Shown here: positions 18,146 to 27,078 of the stretch, piece after piece
How the letters are laid out: each line of letters begins with the position of its first letter
How positions within the stretch are numbered: position 1 is the first letter of the stretch
Source of the DNA: Candidatus Latescibacterota bacterium
Lineage (GTDB): Bacteria > Latescibacterota > UBA2968 > GCA-2709665
DNA length: 64,000 bases
Assembly: GCA_965203805.1 (NCBI GenBank)
Contig: OZ241917.1
Coordinates: 3,008,001-3,072,000, forward strand
Reading direction: 5' to 3'
Made by a program: the position numbers and the translations under genes
Notes under the pieces: generated by a model
Seen by the model: only the letters and a program-made list of their open reading frames with translations
Told to the model about the DNA's origin: nothing
The model's database searches: none

Positions 18146-19303
18146 ATGAAGCGAGTTGCACTGCTTGGATCCACGGGATCGATCGGCACCAGTACGCTGG
18201 ACGTTCTGGCTGGCCTGCCGGACATGTTCGAAGTGGCATGCCTCAGCGCGGGGCGCAATATTGATCTGCTCTGCGCACAGGTGCGGCGTTTCCGGCCGAA
18301 GCGGGTCTGCGTGGCGGACGAGAACGCGACAGACGCCGGCAGAAGGACTGAATTGCAGGGCGTTGAGGTGTTGCATGGTTCTGACGGACTCATCGCATTG
18401 GCAACGGACCCCAGCGTGGGTCTGGTAATCAACGGGCTGGTTGCCGGCGTCGGATTGCGGCCGACGCTGGCGGCGGTCGAGGCGGGCAAGGACGTCGCCA
18501 TCGCGAATAAGGAATCGCTGGTTGTGGCGGGGCACCTGATCACGGAACTCGCGGCGCGCAACGGCGTGCGGTTGATTCCGTTGGATAGTGAACTGACACC
18601 CCTTTGGCAGAGCCTGCAGGAAGTCCCTCGGCAGCAGGTGGCACGCATCGTACTTTCCGCCTCCGGAGGACCGTTTTTCGAGATGTCACTGGACGAGATG
18701 GGCCGCGCGACGCCCGACGACGCCCTGCGTCATCCTACGTGGCGAATGGGTCCGAAAATCACGATCGATTCCGCGACGTTGATGAACAAAGGTTTCGAGG
18801 TCATTGAGTCCCGATGGTTTCTCGGACTCGACATCGAACAGATCGACGTGGTGATCCACCGGCAGTCGATCGTGCATTGCCTGGTGGAATTCCTGGACGG
18901 AAGCCTGACCGCGCACCTGAGCCGGCCCGACATGCGGCTCCCGATTCAGCAGGCGCTGACCCATCCGGACCGGCTTCCGACAGCCGTGCCGTCGCTGGAC
19001 CTGGTGTCCACGGGTTCCCTGAGCTTTCATGCGCCGGATTTGGAGCGGTTTCCATGCCTTGCGATTGCGTATGAAGTGGGACGCGCGGGCGGTACGGCGG
19101 CGGCGGTCCTGAACGCGGCCAACGAGATTGGTGTGTATTCCTTTCTGGCAGGGCGAATCGGATTTCTGGATGTGCCGGACGTCGTTCGCCGGACCCTGGA
19201 TGCGCATGTCAACGCATCCGGCACGAAACTCGATGCGGTGTTGGAAGCGGACCGCTGGGGGCGGGAAAAGGCAAGCGAGGTCGTCGCTCGACTGGCGAAA
19301 TAA
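18146..19303 (+). CDS. dxr: 1-deoxy-D-xylulose 5-phosphate reductoisomerase
   Basis: LLGSTGSIG, IANKESLV, ASGGPF, HPTWRMGPKITIDSATLMNKG and NAANE. Confidence 0.96.
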   Translation: MKRVALLGSTGSIGTSTLDVLAGLPDMFEVACLSAGRNIDLLCAQVRRFRPKRVCVADENATDAGRRTELQGVEVLHGSDGLIALATDPSVGLVINGLVAGVGLRPTLAAVEAGKDVAIANKESLVVAGHLITELAARNGVRLIPLDSELTPLWQSLQEVPRQQVARIVLSASGGPFFEMSLDEMGRATPDDALRHPTWRMGPKITIDSATLMNKGFEVIESRWFLGLDIEQIDVVIHRQSIVHCLVEFLDGSLTAHLSRPDMRLPIQQALTHPDRLPTAVPSLDLVSTGSLSFHAPDLERFPCLAIAYEVGRAGGTAAAVLNAANEIGVYSFLAGRIGFLDVPDVVRRTLDAHVNASGTKLDAVLEADRWGREKASEVVARLAK

Positions 19304-19402
19304 CCCCGAATTCTCCTCGCCGGGACCGGAGCGCCGTTGGCGGTAATCCCTCCGGCTCCGCTGGCCCGGGTCAAGGAGAATTCCCAACAGGAGTTCAGCG
19401 CT

Positions 19403-20710
19403 TTGGAATTTCTGGAAACCATATTCTACTTCATTCTCGTACTCGGCGTACTGGTTTTCGTACACGAATTCGGACACTTCGCGGTCGCCAAGAGATCCGG
19501 TATTCGCGTGGAACAGTTCTCGCTGGGTTTTCCGCCCAAGGCGTTCGGGATTACGGTTGGCGAGACCGAGTACTGCATTTCCTGGCTGCCCCTGGGCGGG
19601 TACGTGAAAGTCGCGGGAATGTCGGACTTTGGAAGCGCGGAGGTCCGGCGGGAGCCATGGGAATTTCAGTCGAAACCCAGGGGAATCCAGATGGCGGTGA
19701 TGATCGCCGGGCCCATCATGAATTTCCTGCTGGGATTCCTGATCATTCTGGGGCTCCGTCTTTCGCTGGGGGACTATGTTCTGCAGACGACGAAGGTTGG
19801 CAGGATCGAGGCGGCGTCTCCGTTTTATGAAGCGGGTCTGCGCTCGAACGACCGCATCCTCTCAGTGAACGGGACACCCGTGGTAGACTGGGGTGGGCTG
19901 ATGGATGCATACAACGCGAGTGGCGCCGGCGAGGTTGCCCTGGAAGTGGCTCGCGACGAGGACGTGGTGTTCCTTGTGGCCACAACCGATAAAGGGCAGG
20001 AGCCGGGGTTCGATCCCTTCCTGCCCCCCGTTGCCGGCTCGGTGATGCCGGGGTACCCCGCCGACAAAGGTGGGATGGCGCCCGGTGACCGCGTGCTGTC
20101 GATCGCCGGCGAATCCGTGAGCGGATGGGACGAGATGAGGCGGAAGATCTCCGCAAGGCCGGGGCAGGAGACCGAGATCCGTTGGTTACGAGACGATGTC
20201 GAGATCGCGGCTCGCGTCGTGCCTCAGCCACAACGGGGCGAGGGGCGAACCATTGGCGTGATTGGCATCGGGCCGTCCTTCGAGCCCAGCGCGAGGGTGC
20301 CGGTGACCCTTACCGCCGCTATTGAGCGTAGCGGAAGGGATCTGGTGGGATATACCACGCTTATCTTCACGTTGATCAAGCGTCTGGTCATGGGTGAGGT
20401 ATCGGGAGGGATGATCGCGGGACCGGTAGGCATTGCCCAGATGGCGGGGAGCAAGGCCAGGCAAGGTTGGGAAGCGCTACTCGATTTTATGGCAATGCTG
20501 AGCATTAACCTCGCCGTCCTGAACCTGTTGCCGATACCCGCGCTGGACGGGGGCCACCTGATGATCCTGAGCGTGGAAGCCATTTCGCGGCGCTCGCTTT
20601 CCGCACGGCAGAAGGAGCGCATCCAGCAGATCGGTTTCGTGTTCCTGCTGGGACTCATGGTATACGTCACCTTTGGCGACATCGGCCGGATCTGGGGGTT
20701 GTTCTACTGA
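19403..20710 (+). CDS. rseP: RIP metalloprotease RseP (M50) with two PDZ domains
   Basis: HEFGH, PLGGYVK, AGPIMN and NLLPIPALDGG; TTG start after AGGAG. Confidence 0.95.
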   Translation: MEFLETIFYFILVLGVLVFVHEFGHFAVAKRSGIRVEQFSLGFPPKAFGITVGETEYCISWLPLGGYVKVAGMSDFGSAEVRREPWEFQSKPRGIQMAVMIAGPIMNFLLGFLIILGLRLSLGDYVLQTTKVGRIEAASPFYEAGLRSNDRILSVNGTPVVDWGGLMDAYNASGAGEVALEVARDEDVVFLVATTDKGQEPGFDPFLPPVAGSVMPGYPADKGGMAPGDRVLSIAGESVSGWDEMRRKISARPGQETEIRWLRDDVEIAARVVPQPQRGEGRTIGVIGIGPSFEPSARVPVTLTAAIERSGRDLVGYTTLIFTLIKRLVMGEVSGGMIAGPVGIAQMAGSKARQGWEALLDFMAMLSINLAVLNLLPIPALDGGHLMILSVEAISRRSLSARQKERIQQIGFVFLLGLMVYVTFGDIGRIWGLFY

Positions 20711-20742
20711 TCGGGATGAAGCTGTTTCAACATTGACGAAAG

Positions 20743-20781
20743 AATGAAGCCGGGTTCGAAAACCCGGCTTCATTTTTATTT
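20743..20781. terminator. Intrinsic terminator between convergent genes (probably bidirectional)
   Basis: 14-bp stem AATGAAGCCGGGTT-CGAA-AACCCGGCTTCATT followed by a T-rich run. Confidence 0.8.
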
Positions 20782-21156
20782 GTTCACGCCTCGCCTGCCC
20801 GACGCTTTTCTCTTGCCTGGCTTTTTCCAGTGTCTCTTCCCCGATTTTTTCCACCGTACGAAAACGCTGTCGGCTTTCAGCGATTCCAACACAGTACCGG
20901 CCAGTAGCGCCAACGCTTCGGGGTCCCTCTTCCAGGCGGCAGTCAGGCGTTTCAGGTCATTCTCGGTGAATCGGACTCCCTGAAGCACGCCCTTTCGCAT
21001 GATGGCCAGGCTGTCGGGCTGTTCCGCGTACCGATGATGCAGATGGACAACCTCCACGACAACGCTTGCCAGTTGTCGTTCGTCGAGTTCGGATCCATTC
21101 CGGGACGTGCACGCCAGCAGGCCGGAGAGCAGGAGCATGAAGTGTGCCGGTTTCAT
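20776..21156 (-). CDS. Small lipoprotein (DUF4296-like)
   Basis: Lipobox LLAC after a hydrophobic core, helical body; TTGACC-17-TATCTT promoter ends 7 nt before the ATG. Confidence 0.55.
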   Translation of the reverse strand: MKPAHFMLLLSGLLACTSRNGSELDERQLASVVVEVVHLHHRYAEQPDSLAIMRKGVLQGVRFTENDLKRLTAAWKRDPEALALLAGTVLESLKADSVFVRWKKSGKRHWKKPGKRKASGRRGVNK

Positions 21157-21464
21157 TGTGGAAAAGATACCGGGACGCTGCGGAAGGGTCAAGGCCAATC
21201 AGCCAGCAACATCATGGCGTGAAAGAAGACGGAAGGCAAGGAATCCGCGCCTGTCCACGAGCGCTGCCGCAACGCCGCGACTCGTTGCCGTAAGTGTCGG
21301 ACCGGTGCAGGAAGCGCCCTTCCACAATATCTGGTATCCGTTTTCGTCTGTACTTCTCCATGCCCACTACATTTACCTCTCAGGAGTCGTATCGACGCAA
21401 TGCGCGAATGTGGTCACGGGCTTGTTTTTTTTAGAGATAAGCGGAAAAATCGGCTAGAAATCCC

Positions 21465-21521
21465 TTGACTTTTAGATGTCCAGGCCCTAATTTTGGTGGT
21501 GGAAAGTGGTGGAAAGTGGTG
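21465..21521 (+). promoter_or_regulatory. dcw (mra) promoter with MraZ-binding direct repeats
   Basis: TTGACT-17-TAATTT followed by three GTGGTG units at 10-bp period (GTGGTGGAAA x2 + GTGGTG, 21496-21521), upstream of mraZ. Confidence 0.85.
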
Positions 21522-21694
21522 TATTAGGGAAGATTTGACAGACCGCGAGAATTTCGCTCGAGCAGAACGAGCCCCGGCACGGTAGCCGGGGCTTTTCTCC
21601 CAATCCGGTTCCTGGCCGGAGCGAATTCGAATCGCCTTTGTCGCCACCGCGGATCCTGGCGCCACAGGGCCTCTCAATACTCCGAGTGACGCAC

Positions 21695-22150
21695 ATGCCA
21701 GACGAAATGCCGCTGTTCATCGGAGAATATGAGGAACTTCCCGTCGACAACAAGGGCCGGCTGATTGTCCCCGCCGCCATTCGCCGGGTTTTGCCTACGC
21801 ATGTCACTTCGCTTGTCATCGCAAGGTGGTTTGACGGCTGCCTGGCCGGATTCGATCCTCTAGGTTGGCAGCAGGTCCTGCAGCAGATCAGGGACGGGAG
21901 CCATAAGGGCAGGGTGAAGCGGCAGATCGCACGCTGGGTTATGGGGGGAGCGGCGGAGACCAGAATCGACCGGCAGGGTCGTCTGCTGGTTCCGCGAAAG
22001 CTGCTCGATACGGCGGAAATCGCGGATCGTGCGACGCTCAGTGGCGTGGGCACCAGGATAGAAATATGGAATCCGGCGCGATACAGCGACGATATGAGTG
22101 ATGTCGGCCAGAACCTGGAAGAATTCGCGGAAGACCTCGACATTCTCTGA
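21695..22150 (+). CDS. mraZ: Division/cell wall cluster transcriptional repressor MraZ
   Basis: FIGEY..VDNKGRLIVP, IDRQGRLLVP and GVGTRIEIW. Confidence 0.95.
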   Translation: MPDEMPLFIGEYEELPVDNKGRLIVPAAIRRVLPTHVTSLVIARWFDGCLAGFDPLGWQQVLQQIRDGSHKGRVKRQIARWVMGGAAETRIDRQGRLLVPRKLLDTAEIADRATLSGVGTRIEIWNPARYSDDMSDVGQNLEEFAEDLDIL

Positions 22151-23090
22151 TTCAGGGCTCAGGGCCGCGGAATTTCACACGCCGGTTATGGGGCCGGAAA
22201 CGGCCGGCCGGGTGGTTAACGACCCGAACGGAATTTACGTCGACGGGACAGTGGGCGGCGGCGGCCACGCCGAGCATATGCTGGCGCGGATGGGACAGGG
22301 GGGACGACTGATCGGGTTGGACCGGGATCCAGAGGCGATCGCGGCCGCCTCCAGTCGACTGCGCAGATTTTCCGAGCAGGTGGAATTCGTCCGGACACCT
22401 TTCAGCGAACTGCCGCGGGTTTTGGACGATCTCGGCGTGAAGCGGATTTCGGGGGCGCTTTTCGACCTCGGGGTTTCTTCGCACCAGATAGACGCGCCCT
22501 CCCGCGGCTTCAGTTATCTTCGAAACGGACCCCTGGATATGCGGATGGGGCCCGATGCCTTTCGATCCGCGCGGGAGGTCGTGAATACCTATCCCCTCAA
22601 AGAATTGACTCGGATATTCAGGGAATTCGGCGAGGAACGCGCGGCCGGTCGGATTGCGCGGGCAATATGCCGTCGGCGGATCCGGAAACCGGTTGAAGAA
22701 ACATTGGAATTGGCCGCACTCATTGCTGAAACCGCGCGTGGACCCCAGACCAGAAAAGCGATGGCCAGGATCTTCCAGTCAATACGCATGGAGGTCAACG
22801 GCGAGATGGAGCAGCTTCGGGAGACCCTCGATTCGACCATCGGGAGGCTGGTGCGGGGCGGAAGGATGGGCGTTCTGTCCTATCACTCGCTTGAAGACCG
22901 CGCGGTGAAGACGGCGTTTCGTTCGGCAACCCGGGGTTGCGTTTGCCCGCCGAATCTTCCGGTCTGCGGATGCGGACGAGTCCCGCAGATACATGTCCTG
23001 GTTCCTGGCGGCATTCGGCCGGAACCGGATGAGCAACGGCGAAACCCGAGGTCCAGGAGCGCAACGCTGCGGGTCGCCGAGAGACTGTGA
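22098..23090 (+). CDS. rsmH: 16S rRNA m4C1402 methyltransferase RsmH (start uncertain)
   Basis: HTPVM, DGTVGGGGH, DLGVSSHQID..RGFS, PLDMRM, SYHSLEDR and NPRSRSA. Confidence 0.95.
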   Translation: MMSARTWKNSRKTSTFSDSGLRAAEFHTPVMGPETAGRVVNDPNGIYVDGTVGGGGHAEHMLARMGQGGRLIGLDRDPEAIAAASSRLRRFSEQVEFVRTPFSELPRVLDDLGVKRISGALFDLGVSSHQIDAPSRGFSYLRNGPLDMRMGPDAFRSAREVVNTYPLKELTRIFREFGEERAAGRIARAICRRRIRKPVEETLELAALIAETARGPQTRKAMARIFQSIRMEVNGEMEQLRETLDSTIGRLVRGGRMGVLSYHSLEDRAVKTAFRSATRGCVCPPNLPVCGCGRVPQIHVLVPGGIRPEPDEQRRNPRSRSATLRVAERL

Positions 23091-23121
23091 AGCCGGGCGT
23101 TCGGAGCAAAAGAAGCCGTGT

Positions 23122-23454
23122 ATGAACACCAATACCGAAGTGAAGACAACGGGGGGGTATCGATACGTCCTCCTCGCCGTGGTGATGGTGGTTGCCGGCC
23201 TTCTGGGTTACCTGTGGGCACAGGCACAGACCGTGAGGCAGGGCGACGAGATCGCACGGCTTCGAACCGAGCATCAGCAGCTGCTTCGTCATCAGGAGCG
23301 TCTCCGGGCAGAAGTCTCGGGACTCCGAAGAAGCAGCCGAATCCGGAAAATCGCTACGGTCAAACTCGGGATGGTGTTTCCACAGGGTCCGCCTCAAAAC
23401 CTGTACCTGGACGGAGAACCCGGGCAGCCGGGCGCTTTCCGGCCACAACAATGA
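23122..23454 (+). CDS. ftsL: Cell division protein FtsL
   Basis: Single TM plus coiled coil and RIRKIATVKLGM; position between rsmH and ftsI. Confidence 0.85.
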   Translation: MNTNTEVKTTGGYRYVLLAVVMVVAGLLGYLWAQAQTVRQGDEIARLRTEHQQLLRHQERLRAEVSGLRRSSRIRKIATVKLGMVFPQGPPQNLYLDGEPGQPGAFRPQQ

Positions 23455-23457
23455 ACC

Positions 23458-25554
23458 ATGCGGATTGAAGTGCGCCATATTCGCCGGCTGAGAGCGACCT
23501 GCCTGCTGGGCGGTATCTTCGTACTGGTCCTGGTCTACAGATTGACCGCGCTTCAGGTCTGGACGGGCGACTTCTACAGCGCGCGGGCAAAGATGCAGCA
23601 CGAAAAGCCGACCGTGTTGCAGGCCAGCCGCGGTCGAATTCTGGACCGGCAGGGCCGGGTGCTCGCAACAAACCTCGAAGCCCAATCGTTCTTTGTCAAC
23701 AGAGTAGCCGAACTGGACAGCCTCCGATCCATCGCGGTGCGATTTTCCGGAAGCGATGGCGAGCAGAACGCCGCGCTCCTGCGACGGCTGGAGAATAGGC
23801 AATTTGTCTGGCTGGCTCGAAAGGTCTTCAGCGACCCGCGACAGGATCCGTTGCCGAAGGGTGTGGGCCGGATTGTCGAGATGAAGCGAAGCTATCCGAT
23901 GGATGAGCTTGCGGGACAGATTCTGGGGTACACCGACATCGACAACCTGGGAATCGAGGGCGTCGAACTGGCTTGCAACTCGCTTCTGCAGGGCAAACCC
24001 GGAGATATGACGTCCAGACGGGACGCGCGCGGCGAGGCGCTGGGCGCGCTTGGTGTCGTACGGAGAATGCCCGAGGACGGCGAGGATGTCATGTTGACCC
24101 TGGACGTCGATTACCAGTCGATCGTGGAGGAGGAACTGGCCGCCGCCGTAACGGCATTCCGGGCGGTGCACGGAATGGCGATCGTCACTTCGCCGCGGAC
24201 AGGTGAAATCCTGGCGATGGCCAATGTGCCGCTGTACGATCCCAATCATTTCGGAAAATACGATGCGGGGGTCCGGCGCAACCGCGCGGTAACCGATCTT
24301 TTCGAGCCGGGATCGACGTTCAAGGCGTTCACTGTCGCGGGAGCGCTACAGGAAGGCCTCTGGCGCCGTGAAGATCGGATCTTCTGTGAGTTCGGCCGGA
24401 TGCAGATTCCCGGCGGTGTGATCCGGGACACCCATCCTTGCGGATGGTTGACGGTACAGCAGGTCGTGGAAGAATCCAGCAACATCGGTACTGTGAAAAT
24501 CGCCCGTAAACTCGAACAGGCAGGATTGTACGAATATGTCCGGCTGTTCGGATTCGGTACCAAGACTGCCGTGGATCTACCGGGTGAAGTACCCGGAAAC
24601 GTCAAGAAACCGACACGATGGTCGGGAAGAACGCTGGCATCGATGGCGATCGGACAGGAAATCGGCGTGACGGCGTTACAGATGGCGATGGCTTACGGCA
24701 CAATCGCAAACGGAGGTCGCCTGATGGCGCCGCAAATCTATCGCCGCCGTTCTCCGGACGGCGCATGGGTGTCCGAGCGACCCCATGTGCTGCGCGAGGT
24801 CGTTTCCGAGGAGACGGCAAGGAACGTCGCCGAAATCCTCGAAGGGGTAGTGCTGCGAGGCACCGGCGCAAACGCGGGGGTGCCCGGCTATCGCGTTGCC
24901 GGCAAAACGGGCACCGCGCAACGGGCAAAGGAAGGTGGGGGCGGTTATGATCCGCATCGGTACATTTCCTCATTTGTCGGATTTCTGCCGGTAGAGCGTG
25001 CCGAATTCGTGTGTATCGTGGTCGTTGACAGTCCGAAGGGAACGTACTGGGGCAGCAAGGTGGCGGCGCCCGTCTTCAGGCGGATCATGAAACGTATCCT
25101 GAGTTTGCGTGACACGGAAATGCGACATCGAGCCGTCGTTGAAGACCGCGAGAGGGAAGATGCGGAAACATCCGCACCGGTCCTGGCGGGACTGTCCACG
25201 AATGTAGCGAAACGGGTGATGGACCGGCACGGTTTCAATCCGACGCGGGTTAACGCGAGTGCGACATTGTCGGCAAAGGCGCAGGTCCCGTCGACTGAGA
25301 CCAGGGAATCCCGGCAGGCGACCGCTTCCGTGAATTCGGCGAAGTCCGATGAATCCGTAACCATGCCCGATGTTGTGGGGATTCCGCTGCGCCAGGCCGT
25401 GGTACAGTTGACGTCTTCGGGGTTGGTGGTAAGCGCCTCGGGCAGTGGAAGCGTCGTTTCGCAGACTCCCGGCGCCGGGATGCCGGTCGCCCGCGGCACG
25501 GTCTGCGATGTGGTGTGCAGCCCGCGAACAGCGCCAATTCCGAACGACATGTGA
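23458..25554 (+). CDS. ftsI: Penicillin-binding protein 3 (FtsI) with C-terminal PASTA
   Basis: RGRILDR, EPGSTFK (SxxK), SSN (SxN), GKTGTAQ and MPDVVG PASTA. Confidence 0.95.
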   Translation: MRIEVRHIRRLRATCLLGGIFVLVLVYRLTALQVWTGDFYSARAKMQHEKPTVLQASRGRILDRQGRVLATNLEAQSFFVNRVAELDSLRSIAVRFSGSDGEQNAALLRRLENRQFVWLARKVFSDPRQDPLPKGVGRIVEMKRSYPMDELAGQILGYTDIDNLGIEGVELACNSLLQGKPGDMTSRRDARGEALGALGVVRRMPEDGEDVMLTLDVDYQSIVEEELAAAVTAFRAVHGMAIVTSPRTGEILAMANVPLYDPNHFGKYDAGVRRNRAVTDLFEPGSTFKAFTVAGALQEGLWRREDRIFCEFGRMQIPGGVIRDTHPCGWLTVQQVVEESSNIGTVKIARKLEQAGLYEYVRLFGFGTKTAVDLPGEVPGNVKKPTRWSGRTLASMAIGQEIGVTALQMAMAYGTIANGGRLMAPQIYRRRSPDGAWVSERPHVLREVVSEETARNVAEILEGVVLRGTGANAGVPGYRVAGKTGTAQRAKEGGGGYDPHRYISSFVGFLPVERAEFVCIVVVDSPKGTYWGSKVAAPVFRRIMKRILSLRDTEMRHRAVVEDREREDAETSAPVLAGLSTNVAKRVMDRHGFNPTRVNASATLSAKAQVPSTETRESRQATASVNSAKSDESVTMPDVVGIPLRQAVVQLTSSGLVVSASGSGSVVSQTPGAGMPVARGTVCDVVCSPRTAPIPNDM

Positions 25555-25567
25555 CAAAAGTCACGTT

Positions 25568-27013
25568 ATGCGGCTGGTCGACTTCATTTCCCGGGTGCCA
25601 GGGGCACAATGGCTTCACAGGGGCAATCCACGGGTTACCGGTCTGGCCACGGATTCGCGAAGGGTCCGACCGGGTGATCTTTTCGTCGCCATCAGGGGCG
25701 GACAGCTACGGGACCGGCATGCATTCGTGCCTCAGGCCGTGGCTGCGGGGGCCGTGGCGGTGGTGGTTGAAGAGCAGGTTGAGGCGGAGGTTGCAGTCGT
25801 CCGGGTGCCGTCAGCGCGGAAGGCGCTCGGAATGCTCGCCGAAGGTCTTTACGGATCGCCCTCGCGCAGGCTTCGGATGGTGGGGGTAACGGGAACCAAT
25901 GGAAAGACCACAACGGCAATGCTGATACAGGCGTCGCTGGACGCCTCCGCAGGGGCCTGCGGATTGCTGGGTACGGTGGAATACAGACTGGGCGGACGGC
26001 GGATACCGTCGCACATCGGAACGCCGGAAGCCCACGATCTGCAGCGGTTGCTGAAAGAGATGACGGACTACGGCTGCGAGGCGGCCGTGATGGAAGTGAC
26101 GTCGCACGGATTGGCGCTGGACCGTGTACACGGGATCGAATTCAATACGGCGGTCTTTACCAATTTTTCGCGGGACCATCTGGATTTTCACGGTTCGCTG
26201 GAATCCTATCTGGCCGCAAAAAAGCTGCTCTTTGACAACTTAATTCCGGATGCGCAGGCCGTTGTTAACGCGGACGACGAGGCGACCGAACACCTCTTGA
26301 GCGACTGCAACGCCGGGGTTGTGTCCTTCGGGCGTTCGCCGGGAGCGGATGTACGAATCGCGTCCGCAGATGCGGACGGCGGCGGCACACGGATGGAACT
26401 GGAAACGCATTGGGGAACCCTGCGTTTCGCGCTGGCGCTTCAGGGCCGTTTCCATCAGATGAACGCCGCGGCTGCAATCGCCGCCGGGCTGGCGATGGAC
26501 GTGGACGCGGAAACGATTGCCGCAGCCATTCAGGACGTACAGGTGCCCGGCCGATTCGAGAGCGTTCGGGAGGGTCAGGATTTCAGCGTGATTGTGGATT
26601 ATGCACATACACCCGATGCGCTTGGGAACGTATTGCGGGCGGCCCGCGAGTTTACGGAAGGTCGATTGATCTGCGTGTTTGGATGCGGCGGCGATCGTGA
26701 CCGCGGCAAGCGGCCGCAGATGGGACGTATTTCGGCCCGGATGTCCGATCTGACCATTGTGACGTCCGACAATCCCAGAACCGAAAGCCCGGAGTCGATC
26801 CTCAGAGATATCCTGACGGGTGTTGGACGCGCTGACTATCGGGTCGAAGTTGACCGGCGGAAGGCGATTTCACTGGCCGTTGAATGTGCTTCGGCCGGAG
26901 ACCTTGTCGTTATCGCCGGCAAGGGTCACGAGAATTATCAGGATATCGGCGGACAGAAGGTCCACTTCGACGACCGGCAGGTAGCCCGGGACCTCCTGAG
27001 GGGTCGCAACTAA
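25568..27013 (+). CDS. murE: UDP-MurNAc-Ala-Glu:meso-DAP ligase
   Basis: GVTGTNGKTT, MEVTSH, DHLDFH, VDYAHTPD, DNPR (meso-DAP specificity) and AGKGHE. Confidence 0.97.
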   Translation: MRLVDFISRVPGAQWLHRGNPRVTGLATDSRRVRPGDLFVAIRGGQLRDRHAFVPQAVAAGAVAVVVEEQVEAEVAVVRVPSARKALGMLAEGLYGSPSRRLRMVGVTGTNGKTTTAMLIQASLDASAGACGLLGTVEYRLGGRRIPSHIGTPEAHDLQRLLKEMTDYGCEAAVMEVTSHGLALDRVHGIEFNTAVFTNFSRDHLDFHGSLESYLAAKKLLFDNLIPDAQAVVNADDEATEHLLSDCNAGVVSFGRSPGADVRIASADADGGGTRMELETHWGTLRFALALQGRFHQMNAAAAIAAGLAMDVDAETIAAAIQDVQVPGRFESVREGQDFSVIVDYAHTPDALGNVLRAAREFTEGRLICVFGCGGDRDRGKRPQMGRISARMSDLTIVTSDNPRTESPESILRDILTGVGRADYRVEVDRRKAISLAVECASAGDLVVIAGKGHENYQDIGGQKVHFDDRQVARDLLRGRN

Positions 27014-27078
27014 CCCTCGCCGGGGCGCCGGACGCCCGCGAGATCGAGACTGGCAGATCGTCACCCGGAACGCGGAAT

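Noticed and set aside
21496-21521. GTGGTGGAAA tandem repeats as a novel element
   Set aside because: They match the known MraZ operator architecture; listed as a feature.
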